From: an uncultured Verrucomicrobiae bacterium
GTDB lineage: Bacteria > Verrucomicrobiota > Verrucomicrobiia > Chthoniobacterales > UBA10450
Assembly (NCBI GenBank): GCA_963726745.1
Contig: CAVSDR010000006.1
Span: 608,001-672,000 of the forward strand
Reading direction: 5' to 3'
DNA length: 64,000 nt
Below the pieces are notes generated by a model. That model was not told the DNA's origin. It saw only the letters and a list, made by a program, of their open reading frames with translations, and searched no databases. Made by a program: the position numbers and the translations under genes. Below are positions 37,696 to 47,635 of this stretch, piece by piece; within the stretch, counting starts at the first letter, position 1, and each line of letters begins with the position of its first letter.

Positions 37696-38472
37696 ATGCT
37701 CTCTCAAGAGGACCTGAAATGGATTGCCGCCACGTCGACGGAGTTGAACTCGATGTTGCAACAGATCTCGCGCTACGCGGACCTGGCTCGCACCCAGCGC
37801 CCTGAGGGCAATTATCTCGAGATGATGGGCGATCGAGTCGATCGCGCCACTCGCACCACCCAGGCCCTGTTCGACCGCGTCACCTCCGCCATCCTCGAAA
37901 GTAAAGTCGCCCGCCCAGCGACGGATGGGAAAAGCTTCCCGCCGTTCTCGGTGCTCCCGGCGCCGAGCAGCTCCGCGAGCCTCCCAGTGCGCGCGCCGAG
38001 CACCCCTCCTGCGCCGGTCGCGTCCCGTCCGCCCGCGCGGCCGGTCCACACGCCGCCTACGCCGGCGCTTCCCATCCGGAATGCGACGGGCGCGCGCGAA
38101 CTGCTGCTCTTGATCGATGACGATGCCGACATGGCCGAGGTGGCCACGCAGGTCCTGACCGCCGAAGGCTACAAGGTAATCGTCGCGCGCGACGGAGTGG
38201 AGGCGCTGGAAATCTACCGGCACGCTGGCGGCGACATCCGGCTGGTCATTCTCGATTTCTTCCTTCCCGTGCTCGATGGCGACGCCGTCTTCGACGAACT
38301 GCAAACGCTCAACCCGAACATCGCCGTCGTCTTGAGCAGCGGCTTTGCCGAGCAGACGAAGCTCAGCGCCATGCTCGCGCGCGGCTTGCGCGGCTTCATC
38401 CCAAAGCCCTACACGCGCGCGAAATTGCTCGAGCAGGTCCGCTCGATTCTCGACGCCAGCCGCGCGGCCTAA
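37696..38472 (+). CDS. Response-regulator receiver protein with N-terminal degenerate HisKA-like helices and Pro-rich linker
   Basis: REC motifs LLIDDD, VILDFFLP, LSSG, FIPKPY. Confidence 0.82.
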   Translation: MLSQEDLKWIAATSTELNSMLQQISRYADLARTQRPEGNYLEMMGDRVDRATRTTQALFDRVTSAILESKVARPATDGKSFPPFSVLPAPSSSASLPVRAPSTPPAPVASRPPARPVHTPPTPALPIRNATGARELLLLIDDDADMAEVATQVLTAEGYKVIVARDGVEALEIYRHAGGDIRLVILDFFLPVLDGDAVFDELQTLNPNIAVVLSSGFAEQTKLSAMLARGLRGFIPKPYTRAKLLEQVRSILDASRAA

Positions 38473-38606
38473 CGAGCGCAAGAACGCGCGCGCTTCGGGT
38501 TTCCGCGGAATTGCCTAACGAGACATCTCGTCGGCTATTTTTTTTCGCCGCCGCTTGATTGCTTCCGCTCGCTGGCACCGATTTAGCTTCTGCAGGGAGC
38601 ACGGCC

Positions 38607-39686
38607 ATGGCGCGCATTGACTCCTTCTTCAAATTGATGTCCGAGCAAAAAGCCTCGGATCTTCACCTCTCGACCAACAACCCGCCGATGCTGCGGATCA
38701 ACGGCGACCTCGTGCGGGTCGACTATCCGCCGCTGCAAAACGACGACCTCAAGGCGATGGTCTACGAGATCGCGCCCGAGGGGAAAATCAAAACCTTCGA
38801 GGAGCAATCCGACGTCGACTTCGGCTACGAAGTCCCCGGTGTCGCCCGTTACCGCGCAAATTTCTTCCAACAGAAATACGGCATCTCCGCGGTCTTTCGT
38901 TTGATTCCCTCGACCGTGCTCACGGTGGAGCAGCTCAACCTGCCGCCGGTGCTGAAGAAATTTCCGCTGCTCAAGAAAGGCCTCGTGCTCGTTACCGGCC
39001 CGACCGGTTCCGGCAAGTCGACCACGCTCGCGGCGATGATGGATTACGCGAACATGCAGCGCAACGACCACATCATCACGGTCGAGGACCCGATCGAGTT
39101 TGTGCACCGGAGCCAGAACTGCCTGGTGCAGCATCGCGAAGTGGGCGTGCATACGCGTTCCTTTTCCGCCGCTCTGCGCGGCGCGCTCCGCGAGGATCCG
39201 GATATTCTTCTCGTGGGCGAAATGCGCGATCTGGAGACGATCGAGCTCGCGCTGACCGCAGCCGCCACGGGTCACCTTGTGTTCGGCACGCTCCACACTT
39301 CGAGCGCGGCCAAAGCGGTCGACCGCATCATCGACGTCTTTCCCACGAGCCAGCAAAACCAGATCCGCGCGACCCTCGCGGAATCGCTCAAGGGCGTGAT
39401 CGCGCAAAACCTTTTCAAGCGCATCGACAAGCCCGGCCGCGTGGCCGCGCTGGAGATTTTAGTCGTCGACATGGCGATCGCGAACCTCGTGCGCGAAGCC
39501 AAGACGCACCAAATCCCCGGCATGATCCAGGTCGGCAAGAAGAAGGGCAACCAGCCGCTGGACGACGCAATCATGGAGCACCTGCGCCACCAGCGCGTCT
39601 CCGCGGAGGAAGCCTACGAGAAGTGCATCGACCGGAAAAAATTCCGCCCTTTCCTGAAAGAGCCGCCCATGGACGGGGAGGAATAA
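38607..39686 (+). CDS. pilT: Type IV pilus retraction ATPase PilT
   Basis: ASDLHL, GPTGSGKSTT, EDPIEF, ALREDPD.ILVGEMRD, TGHLVFGTLHT, IANLVRE. Confidence 0.93.
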   Translation: MARIDSFFKLMSEQKASDLHLSTNNPPMLRINGDLVRVDYPPLQNDDLKAMVYEIAPEGKIKTFEEQSDVDFGYEVPGVARYRANFFQQKYGISAVFRLIPSTVLTVEQLNLPPVLKKFPLLKKGLVLVTGPTGSGKSTTLAAMMDYANMQRNDHIITVEDPIEFVHRSQNCLVQHREVGVHTRSFSAALRGALREDPDILLVGEMRDLETIELALTAAATGHLVFGTLHTSSAAKAVDRIIDVFPTSQQNQIRATLAESLKGVIAQNLFKRIDKPGRVAALEILVVDMAIANLVREAKTHQIPGMIQVGKKKGNQPLDDAIMEHLRHQRVSAEEAYEKCIDRKKFRPFLKEPPMDGEE

Positions 39687-39699
39687 GCGGAGCACGACC

Positions 39700-40868
39700 A
39701 TGAGAATCCCAGAATTAAACAACATTCTCCTGGCGATGCTGCAGACCTATGACGGCATCTCCGACCTCAATTTTTCCGTGGGCCACCCGTTGCAGGTGGA
39801 AGATTTCGGCGAGCTGAAACCGGTCTACATCGACCCGCCGATCGAGGCGCTCACGCCCTACCAGACGGAGCAGATCGCGCTCACCCTGATGCAGGGAAAT
39901 CGCCGGCTGATGTACGATTACCTCACCGGCGGCTCCTGCGACAGCAGCTACTCGTTAGGCGACGACGCCCGCTTCCGCGTGAATATTTTCCGCCAGCAGG
40001 GCCATTTTTCGATCGTCCTGCGGAAGCTCGAGGGCTCCGTGCCTTCGATCGAAGTCCTGGGCCTTTCCAGCATCTTTAAGGAAATCGCGCGCGAAAAAAC
40101 GGGGCTGGTCCTGGTCACCGGCGCCACTGGCAGCGGGAAGACGACCACGCTGGCGGCAATTCTTAACGAGATCAACCAGACCCAGCCGGTGCACGTGATC
40201 ACGCTGGAAGACCCGATCGAATACGTCCACCCGAAGCTCAAGGCGACCTTCAACCAGCGCGAACTGGGACACGATTTCAACAACTACCCAAATGGTCTCC
40301 GTGCTGCCCTGCGCCAGGCGCCCAAGGTCATCCTCGTGGGCGAAATGCGCGACCGCGCGACCGTGGAAGTGGCGCTCATGGCCGCGGAAACCGGTCACCT
40401 CGTCCTCAGCACCCTGCACACGGTCGATGCCGGGCAATCGATCAACCGTATCCTCGGCCTCTTCTCGTTAGGCGAGGAGCAACAGCTCCGCATCCGTCTT
40501 TCCGATAGCCTGCGCTACATCGTCAGCCAGCGCCTGGCGCCGAAGATCGGCGGCGGCCGGCAATTGCTCACCGAGGTCATGGGGCACAACCTCCGGACCA
40601 AGGAAGCGATCGCCCTCGGCGAAGGCGAGCACCGGAGCTTTTACGAGATCATCGAGAGCAGCTCGACCTACGGATGGATGACGTTCGACCAGTGCATCCT
40701 TCGCGCTTACGAAGAACGACTCACATCACCGAGGAGACCGCGCGCCTCTTTGCTTCCCGCAAGGGCCGCATCTCCCGCGGGATCGACTTGGTGCAGAAAG
40801 CCCGCGGGGTCGATAACGACCTCGATTCCGGCCTGCGCCTCGACGTGCCGGTCAACGCCTTCCGCTAA
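39700..40868 (+). CDS. PilT/PilU-family ATPase paralog (indel near 40720)
   Basis: GATGSGKTTT, EDPIEY, ALRQAPKVILVGEMRD, TGHLVLSTLHT; the C-terminus continues in ORF 40674-40868 (ITEETARLFASRKG). Confidence 0.88.
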
Positions 40869-40877
40869 TCCACTCCC

Positions 40878-41342
40878 ATGGCTAACGAATCCGAATCTTT
40901 CTTCGACGCCGGCGATAACACCGCGCTCGTCTGCGTGGATCATCAGCAATACCAGAAGCTGGTCGTGCCGCAGCTGATCGACATCAACTACAAGGTCCAC
41001 CTCGGACTCTTCGAGGAAGACGTCCTCGTGAAGCTGCAGACCTACCACTACAACGTGGTCGTCGTTTACGAGAACTTCAAAGGCTCCACCCTGCCGACCA
41101 ATCCCATCCTGCAGCACATGGTGAAACGCTCCGGCTCGCAGCGGCGCCAGCACTTCGTGGTGCTCCTGAGCCATCGCTTCCCGACGAACGACGCCATGAG
41201 CGCCTTCGTGCAAAGCGTCGACCAGATCATCAACATCGGCGACCTTGCGCAGTTCAAGCCCGTCCTGCGCCGCGGCGTGGCTCAATACCGCGAGCTTTAC
41301 CAGCCCTTCCAGGAGACGCTCAAGGCCGTGCAGACGCTCTAG
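40878..41342 (+). CDS. Hypothetical protein downstream of the pilT pair (degenerate receiver-like alpha/beta domain)
   Basis: ALVC...YNVVVVYENF...RRQHFVVLLS..F.T.D...AFVQSVD; 9 nt after the second ATPase gene. Confidence 0.7.
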   Translation: MANESESFFDAGDNTALVCVDHQQYQKLVVPQLIDINYKVHLGLFEEDVLVKLQTYHYNVVVVYENFKGSTLPTNPILQHMVKRSGSQRRQHFVVLLSHRFPTNDAMSAFVQSVDQIINIGDLAQFKPVLRRGVAQYRELYQPFQETLKAVQTL

Positions 41343-41385
41343 GCCGGGCTTCGCCGCTTGACGCCGCCAGTCATCGCGCCGGAAA

Positions 41386-41712
41386 TTGCCGACGCCATGT
41401 CTCTCCGTTTTCCCCTTTCCCACTGTGAGCGCTGAACCTCCCGCGCCCGAGAAAAAGGCCGCGAGACCGGCCAGCGGCCAGCCCATTCCGCTGCGGCCTG
41501 GCCGCAGCCAGAAAGGACGCTCGAAACTTAACCAACCTGCCGAGCCGCCCCCGCCGCCGCCCGCGGCGACCGAACAGCCCGCACCCGCCAAGCCCGCGCC
41601 CTTTGAGGACGAGCCACTCATCCGCCGCATGCGCCTGAAGCGCTCCGGCCAGATAACGCAGGAATTGATCACGCCGCCCGAGCCCGACGACAAAAAAGAA
41701 GAAGAATATTAG
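41386..41712 (+). CDS. Small Pro-rich hypothetical protein
   Basis: ORF with acidic end DDKKEEEY; start uncertain (GTG near 41425 also possible). Confidence 0.4.
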   Translation: MPTPCLSVFPFPTVSAEPPAPEKKAARPASGQPIPLRPGRSQKGRSKLNQPAEPPPPPPAATEQPAPAKPAPFEDEPLIRRMRLKRSGQITQELITPPEPDDKKEEEY

Positions 41713-41760
41713 CCGGCAACTTCAGCGCTGAAGCCGGCGCCGCCGCCGTGAAAACGAAGG

Positions 41761-41836
<76 letters not shown>

Positions 41837-41921
41837 GTCGTGTGCCTGCCGCCGCGAGCGCGGAGCAGTCGAGCACTATGCAAGAATCCGTGCAGGCGGC
41901 AAGCGCCCAAATCGCTGGCTG

Positions 41922-42491
41922 TCACTCGAAAGTGCGCATCAAGGCCGCGGCCCGCGTGAGCCGGTGCATGTAATCGGTGCGCGCGATCTCGACCCCGCCG
42001 AAACGACGCAGGTGCGGCGTGAGCCACTGCGTGTCCAGGAGGACAAAACGCCGCGCGCGCAGGTGCTCCACGAGCGCACAGAGCGCGACCTTGGAGGCAT
42101 CGGTCACCTCATGGAACATCGACTCGCCGAAGAAAGCGCCGCCTAACGAGACACCATAGAGACCGCCCACGAGCTTCCCCGCCTGCCACGCTTCCACCGA
42201 GTGCGCATGCCCGAGCTCGTGCAGCCGGGTGTAGCTGCGCACGATCTCGCGGTTAATCCAGGTCTCCTCGCGCTCCGCGCAGCAGCGCATGATCTGCGGG
42301 AAGGCGGTGTTGCGCCGGATCTCAAACTCCCCCTTCCGCAACACCCGGGCGAGCGCATGCGGCACGTGGAATTCCTCCAGCGGAATGATCCCGCGCGGGT
42401 CGGGCGAGAACCACTCGATCGAGCCGTCCTCCATGCCCATCGGGAACACTCCCAGGCGATAACCCTGGAGCAGAACCTCGGGCGCAATCAT
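41922..42491 (-). CDS. aat: Leucyl/phenylalanyl-tRNA--protein transferase
   Basis: Y..GVFPM, WFSPDPRG, TWIN, AHSVEAW, LVGGLYGV..GGAFFGESMF, LLDTQ..T.HL. Confidence 0.95.
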   Translation of the reverse strand: MIAPEVLLQGYRLGVFPMGMEDGSIEWFSPDPRGIIPLEEFHVPHALARVLRKGEFEIRRNTAFPQIMRCCAEREETWINREIVRSYTRLHELGHAHSVEAWQAGKLVGGLYGVSLGGAFFGESMFHEVTDASKVALCALVEHLRARRFVLLDTQWLTPHLRRFGGVEIARTDYMHRLTRAAALMRTFE

Positions 42492-42590
42492 CGCCGCGAT
42501 TCTTCGGTGCGAACTGCCCGTGTGCAACTGCGGCGCGAGGAGCGTCGGGCATTTTCTTGCAATGAAAGGGGTCGCCTTTAATCTGCCCAA

Positions 42591-42785
42591 GTGAAGACAC
42601 TGTTGCTCGCGCTGCTGGCCGGAGCGCTCCTGGGATGTGCCAATGATGGGCCGACCTCGCAGGAATTAGGCGACCAATTGGGCCGCGGCGTCCGGGGCGA
42701 AGGCCAGCTGGGCACGATCGATCGCTCGAATGATCCCTACGTGAAGGCGCGCGAAGGCGAGGCGATGAAGCCGGAAGCGCAATGA
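42591..42785 (+). CDS. Small lipoprotein
   Basis: [16 protein letters not shown] lipobox; ATGA overlap with guaA. Confidence 0.6.
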   Translation: MKTLLLALLAGALLGCANDGPTSQELGDQLGRGVRGEGQLGTIDRSNDPYVKAREGEAMKPEAQ

Positions 42786-44374
42786 GCGTCGCCGCGCCTT
42801 CGGCGCACTCGAAGATCCTGATCCTTGATTTCGGATCGCAGTACACCCAGGTCATCGCGCGGCGCATTCGCGAGTGCCAGGTCTACTCGGAAATCGTCCG
42901 CTACGACATTCCCGCAACCGAAGTGGCCGCCTCGCGTCCGAACGGGATCGTCCTCTCCGGCGGGCCGGCGAGCGTCTACGATGAAAAGGCGCCGCAGCTC
43001 GACCCGCAGATCTTCTCGTTAGGCATTCCGGTGCTGGGGATTTGCTACGGGATGCAGTTGATGGCGCGGCACCTTGGCGGCGAGGTGGAATACAGCCGGC
43101 AACGCGAGTACGGCGCCGGCTTGCTGCACGTCGCGCCCGGTTCGCAGCTCTTCAAGGGCGTGGGCGAACAGCTCGATATCTGGAACAGCCATGGCGACAA
43201 GGTGACGAAGCTCCCGGAAGGCTTCCGCGCCGCGGGTCACACGGATAACTCACCGCTGGCTGCGATCGAGAACGCCGACGCGCGGCTCTACGGCCTGCAG
43301 TTTCATCCCGAGGTCGGCCACACCCCGCGCGGGAAAGAGATCATCCAGAATTTTGTCTACGATATCTGCCGCTGCGCGATGGATTGGACCATGGGCTCGT
43401 TCATCGACGAAGCCTGTGCGCGCGTGCGCCAGCAGGTGGGCGATCAGAAGGTCGTGCTCGGACTGAGCGGTGGCGTCGATTCCTCGGTCGTAGCGGCCTT
43501 GCTGCACAAGGCAATTGGCGACCAGTTAACCTGCATCTTCGTGAACAACGGCCTCCTGCGCGCGCGCGAAGACGAGGTGGTGAAACGCATCTTCGGCGAG
43601 AACTTTCACCTCAAGCTCAAGTACGTCGACGCGTCCGAACGCTTCCTCTCCAAGCTCAAGGGCGTGACCGACCCCGAGCAGAAGCGGAAGATTATTGGCA
43701 ACGAATTCATCGACGTTTTCCAGCACGCGACCGAGGAGTTGCTCGAGGAAGACCAGGCGAACGCGTCGGCCCACGGCGGCTATCATTTCCTCGCGCAAGG
43801 CACGCTCTACCCGGACGTGATCGAGAGCGTTTCGATCAGCGGCAATCCGGCGCACCTGATCAAGAGTCATCACAATGTCGGCGGCCTGCCGGAGAAGATG
43901 CACTTCGAGCTGGTGGAACCGGTGCGGCAACTCTTCAAGGACGAGGTGCGCCAAGCCGGCTTGCAACTCGGGCTACCGAAGGAAGTGGTCTATCGCCAGC
44001 CATTCCCCGGGCCCGGCCTGGCGGTGCGCATCCTCGGCGAGGTCACGCCCGAGCGGCTGCGCATTCTCCGCGAAGCGGATACGATCGTAACCAGCGAGAT
44101 GGAAGCGGCCGACTGGTATTACCGCGTCTGGCAATCCTTCGCGGTCCTCCTGCCAGTCCGTTCCGTGGGGGTGATGGGCGACCAGCGAACCTACGAAGAC
44201 ACGATCGCGCTGCGGATTGTTGAAAGTCAGGACGGGATGACGGCCGATTGGGTGCGCGTGCCCTACGAGCTGCTCGCGCGCATCTCGACCCGCATCATCA
44301 ACGAGGTCAAAGGCGTCAATCGCGTCTGCTACGATATCTCGAGCAAGCCACCGAGCACGATCGAGTGGGAGTGA
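42782..44374 (+). CDS. guaA: GMP synthase (glutamine-hydrolysing)
   Basis: [52 protein letters not shown]. Confidence 0.98.
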   Translation: MSVAAPSAHSKILILDFGSQYTQVIARRIRECQVYSEIVRYDIPATEVAASRPNGIVLSGGPASVYDEKAPQLDPQIFSLGIPVLGICYGMQLMARHLGGEVEYSRQREYGAGLLHVAPGSQLFKGVGEQLDIWNSHGDKVTKLPEGFRAAGHTDNSPLAAIENADARLYGLQFHPEVGHTPRGKEIIQNFVYDICRCAMDWTMGSFIDEACARVRQQVGDQKVVLGLSGGVDSSVVAALLHKAIGDQLTCIFVNNGLLRAREDEVVKRIFGENFHLKLKYVDASERFLSKLKGVTDPEQKRKIIGNEFIDVFQHATEELLEEDQANASAHGGYHFLAQGTLYPDVIESVSISGNPAHLIKSHHNVGGLPEKMHFELVEPVRQLFKDEVRQAGLQLGLPKEVVYRQPFPGPGLAVRILGEVTPERLRILREADTIVTSEMEAADWYYRVWQSFAVLLPVRSVGVMGDQRTYEDTIALRIVESQDGMTADWVRVPYELLARISTRIINEVKGVNRVCYDISSKPPSTIEWE

Positions 44375-44377
44375 GCG

Positions 44378-45022
44378 CTAGAAGCTGAAGCCTGCCCCGA
44401 TGGCCCCGCCGAGTTGGTCGATCCCATAGTTCGGCTTCGAGAGGCTCGCGTTCGAGATGTGGCGATAGCTCGCCTCGGCGTTGAGCGACCAGGTGTCGTT
44501 GAGGAGAAAACGCACGCCGCCGATCGCCTGGAGATTGAAATTGAAATCGGTGCTGACCGCATTCCCCGCGGCCGGGCCGTGCTCGATATCGGTGTAAATC
44601 CAGCCGCCGCCGGCCTGGAAATATGGGACCAGGCGCGCGCCGCGCTGGATGAAGTTGTAGCGAAAGAAATAGGTGTTCCCGAAGACGAAATTGCCGGCGC
44701 CATGGAAGATCGGGCCGCCAAAAAGTTCGCCGAGAAACTCGAGGTTGCCGCGGAGAATCCCCGGGCCGGTCGGCTGGTAAATCATGATGCCGAGGCGCGT
44801 GGTGTTGAGCGCGTAGTCGATCGTCGGGCGCACATTCCCGCGGCGATCGAAAAGGAAGAAAGTGCCCACAAGATCTTCCAACTCCCAAGAGCCGCGGTCG
44901 AAGCGGCTGCTGAGATCGCGCGGGTGGCTGTCGCTCTCACGCAGGGTCAGGTCCCCCGCCCTGGTGGAAGCGATCGTGAGCAGGCAAAGCAACGCAACGA
45001 CGACCGGGCGAAGATTCTTCAT
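44378..45022 (-). CDS. PagL-like / acyloxyacyl hydrolase outer-membrane beta-barrel
   Basis: Signal peptide; PYFQAGGG, FNF, YRHISNA...N.G.D; C-terminal Phe. Confidence 0.8.
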   Translation of the reverse strand: MKNLRPVVVALLCLLTIASTRAGDLTLRESDSHPRDLSSRFDRGSWELEDLVGTFFLFDRRGNVRPTIDYALNTTRLGIMIYQPTGPGILRGNLEFLGELFGGPIFHGAGNFVFGNTYFFRYNFIQRGARLVPYFQAGGGWIYTDIEHGPAAGNAVSTDFNFNLQAIGGVRFLLNDTWSLNAEASYRHISNASLSKPNYGIDQLGGAIGAGFSF

Positions 45023-45071
45023 GGCGGGAGGATGCAAGACGAGAGCAGGCCTGCTGTCAATCACGCGCTCG

Positions 45072-45554
45072 CTAGCGGCTGGCGCGCGCCGGCGCCGGCA
45101 GGAACCAAAGCGCCGCGAGCGCGCCAAGGAGCGCGAGGTCGATGAGCATATGGGAGGTGAAGCTAAGGCCCTTGCTCACGCTCCCGAAGCACCCGCAATC
45201 GAGATTAATCCCCCGCGCGTGCGCGGAGATGGTCGCGCCGATGAAGACCACCATGAGTCCGGTTAAAATAGCCAGCGCTCCGTAGCGCAGGCGCCCGACG
45301 ATGAGCGCGAGGCCGCAAAGGATCTCGACCCACGGAAGGTAAAAGGCCAGCCGCACCGCGAGCCCGTACGGGAGCAGGTGAAAATTGCGCACGTCGATCG
45401 CGAACTGCACCGGGTCCCAGGCCTTGAGTGCGCCGGCGTAGACGAAGAGGCCCCCTACGGCCAGCGCAAGCAGAGTCCACAGAAGCGAGCGCGCCGCCGG
45501 CGCGGCCCGGCCGGATTGCATCAAGGGCGATTGCACATGCGAAGAAGTGCTCAC
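45072..45554 (-). CDS. MauE/DoxX-family membrane protein
   Basis: FVYAG..K..DP..F, LPWVE...G, RGINLDCGCFG. Confidence 0.88.
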   Translation of the reverse strand: MSTSSHVQSPLMQSGRAAPAARSLLWTLLALAVGGLFVYAGALKAWDPVQFAIDVRNFHLLPYGLAVRLAFYLPWVEILCGLALIVGRLRYGALAILTGLMVVFIGATISAHARGINLDCGCFGSVSKGLSFTSHMLIDLALLGALAALWFLPAPARASR

Positions 45555-45982
45555 TTTTTTTGCGCCTCCTGCCAGGTTTCCCAGCCGCCGTGAAGCACGT
45601 AGACGTTGCCGAGGCCGGCTTCCGTCCGGAGGCGGCGCGCAACCTCATGGCTCAAGGCGCACGATTGGCTGCTGCAATAAACCACCGTCCGTTTTTCGGG
45701 CGACCAGGCGAGGAGGAAAGGAGGCAGCAGCTCGTTCCAGCGATCTTCATTCAGCGAGATCGCGCCGGGAATGTGGCTCTCGCCAAATTGCGCATCCGGC
45801 CGCGCATCGACCCAAAGGGTGGTCTCGCCCCACTCCTGCGCCTGCTGCACCGAAACCTCGTCCTTGGTGTAAGCCGCGGCGTCCCAGGCGATGCGTTCGC
45901 GCTGGTAAACGGCCTGGCCGATGGCGGGAATGAAGGCCAGCGCGAGGAGGATCAACGCCTGCCGCAGAAAAGCGCCCTTCAC
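45551..45982 (-). CDS. Rhodanese-like domain protein
   Basis: WVDAR...F...HIPGA, VVYCSSQSC, VYVLHGGW..W. Confidence 0.88.
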   Translation of the reverse strand: MKGAFLRQALILLALAFIPAIGQAVYQRERIAWDAAAYTKDEVSVQQAQEWGETTLWVDARPDAQFGESHIPGAISLNEDRWNELLPPFLLAWSPEKRTVVYCSSQSCALSHEVARRLRTEAGLGNVYVLHGGWETWQEAQKK

Positions 45983-45985
45983 AGC

Positions 45986-46657
45986 CTAACGATTCCCCAT
46001 CTCGCCCGTGGTCACGCGCGCGGTGGCGTAGAACGCCTGCGGGTAATCCGGCTGGATGGTCAGGACGGCGTTCAAAGGCTTGCTCGTGTCCTTCGGCTGC
46101 ACCTTGATCTTGAACTCGCCGGCGGCCGAGCCTTTCTCCACCTCTGCCTGGAAATCGGCGCTGGACGATTTGACGTCTAATTTCGTGATCGCCACATCCT
46201 TGGCCGCCTTCACCGTGATCATTTTTGGCTTGGGCGCCTCGCCCTGCTGCCAAAAGACGAACGCCGGCTGAATCTCCACCGGCTGCGCGACCGTCGCCTT
46301 GAGCACGAGATTAATCAGCGGCGCGTTCGGATCGTCCGTCTCGACTGCGATCATCTTCTGCTGGAGCCCGGTGCGGCCGCCGATCTTAAGCGTCGCGGTG
46401 AGGTTGCCGCCTTCGCCCGGAGCGACATCCTTTTTCTCGATCGTGGCCACGGTGCAACCGCAGGAGGTGCGCACATTGGTGATCTTGATCGGCTTGTCGG
46501 TTTTGTTCGTGTAATGGAACTGCGCCACGGTCTCGGCATCGCCCGCTTTCGGATGGAGTTCGACCTCGGTTTTCTCCCAGGTGAGCTGCGCCTGCGTGCT
46601 GCCCAAAGCGCCGGCTAAAACGAGAGCAACGAGGGAAGCGCGGCGGCGAAGATGCAT
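45986..46657 (-). CDS. DUF1573-domain secreted protein
   Basis: F.YTN....I.I.NV.TSCGCT...V.PGE.G.L motif; signal peptide. Confidence 0.82.
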   Translation of the reverse strand: MHLRRRASLVALVLAGALGSTQAQLTWEKTEVELHPKAGDAETVAQFHYTNKTDKPIKITNVRTSCGCTVATIEKKDVAPGEGGNLTATLKIGGRTGLQQKMIAVETDDPNAPLINLVLKATVAQPVEIQPAFVFWQQGEAPKPKMITVKAAKDVAITKLDVKSSSADFQAEVEKGSAAGEFKIKVQPKDTSKPLNAVLTIQPDYPQAFYATARVTTGEMGNR

Positions 46658-46715
46658 GGAGGAAGCAAAGAGGTTCCGCGTTTTGCTGTCAAACCCCCAA
46701 GCGGAGCTCGGCGTT

Positions 46716-47603
46716 TTAGACAGCAACATGAGCACGCACATAATCCGCCACGGCCTCGCGCCAGCTGCGCGGGGTGGTCTTCGTTAGGCGAGTGAACCGG
46801 TCAGTCGAAAGCACGGTGTAAATCGGCCGGCGGGCGACGAAGTTTTTCATCTCCGCGAGGGTAATGGCGTCGACTCGATGCGCGCGCAGCGCGACTCCCG
46901 CCTGCCGGCAGCAATCGAGCGCCCATTGCCCGTATTCCTGCCAGCTGCATGCGCCCGCATTGGCCAGGTGCACCACTCCGCCGGGGAGCGCGCGGTCGAA
47001 GAACGGCCGCAGCATCGCGGCGATGTCCTGCGTGTAGGTGGGCGCGGAAATTTTATCCGCGACCGCGGCGACGCGTTCCTCCTTTAGCGCCTGGCCGATG
47101 ACCCAATCGATGAAGCTCGGCCGGTCCGGGCCGAAAACCCAGGAGACGCGCGCGACCAGATGGTCGGGGTCGACCGCGAGCACGCGCCGTTCGCCCTCGA
47201 GTTTGCTGGCGCCGTAAACGCTGATCGGCTCGGCGGCGTCGTCCTCGGTGTAGGGCGCGCGTTTCTCGCCATCGAAAACGTAATCGGTGCTGACGTGCAA
47301 AAGGCGCGCGCCCTTCGCGGAACAGATTTCCGCCAGCACGCGCGGCGCCTCGGCATTGAGCGCGAAGGCTTCCTCGGGCTCGGTCTCGCAACGGTCAACC
47401 AGGGTTTGCGCCGCGGTGTTGATCAGGAGATCGAACGGCAACGGCTCAAGCGTGCGGCGCAGCTGCGCGAGGTCGCCAAGATCCAGTTCCGCGCGGCGAA
47501 ACGGGACGACGGTGAATTCGGAAGCGTAGGCGCGCGCGAGCGCCATCCCGAGCCGGCCGCCGGCGCCGACCAAAGCGACGGTTAATTTTTCTCCCGCGGA
47601 CAT
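46716..47603 (-). CDS. rfbD: dTDP-4-dehydrorhamnose reductase
   Basis: GAGGRLG, AA.T.VD.CE, HVSTDYVFDG, P.SVYGASKLEGE. Confidence 0.93.
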   Translation of the reverse strand: MSAGEKLTVALVGAGGRLGMALARAYASEFTVVPFRRAELDLGDLAQLRRTLEPLPFDLLINTAAQTLVDRCETEPEEAFALNAEAPRVLAEICSAKGARLLHVSTDYVFDGEKRAPYTEDDAAEPISVYGASKLEGERRVLAVDPDHLVARVSWVFGPDRPSFIDWVIGQALKEERVAAVADKISAPTYTQDIAAMLRPFFDRALPGGVVHLANAGACSWQEYGQWALDCCRQAGVALRAHRVDAITLAEMKNFVARRPIYTVLSTDRFTRLTKTTPRSWREAVADYVRAHVAV

Positions 47604-47635
47604 GGGGGAGACTCTAGCGCGGGCGCCGACGGCGG

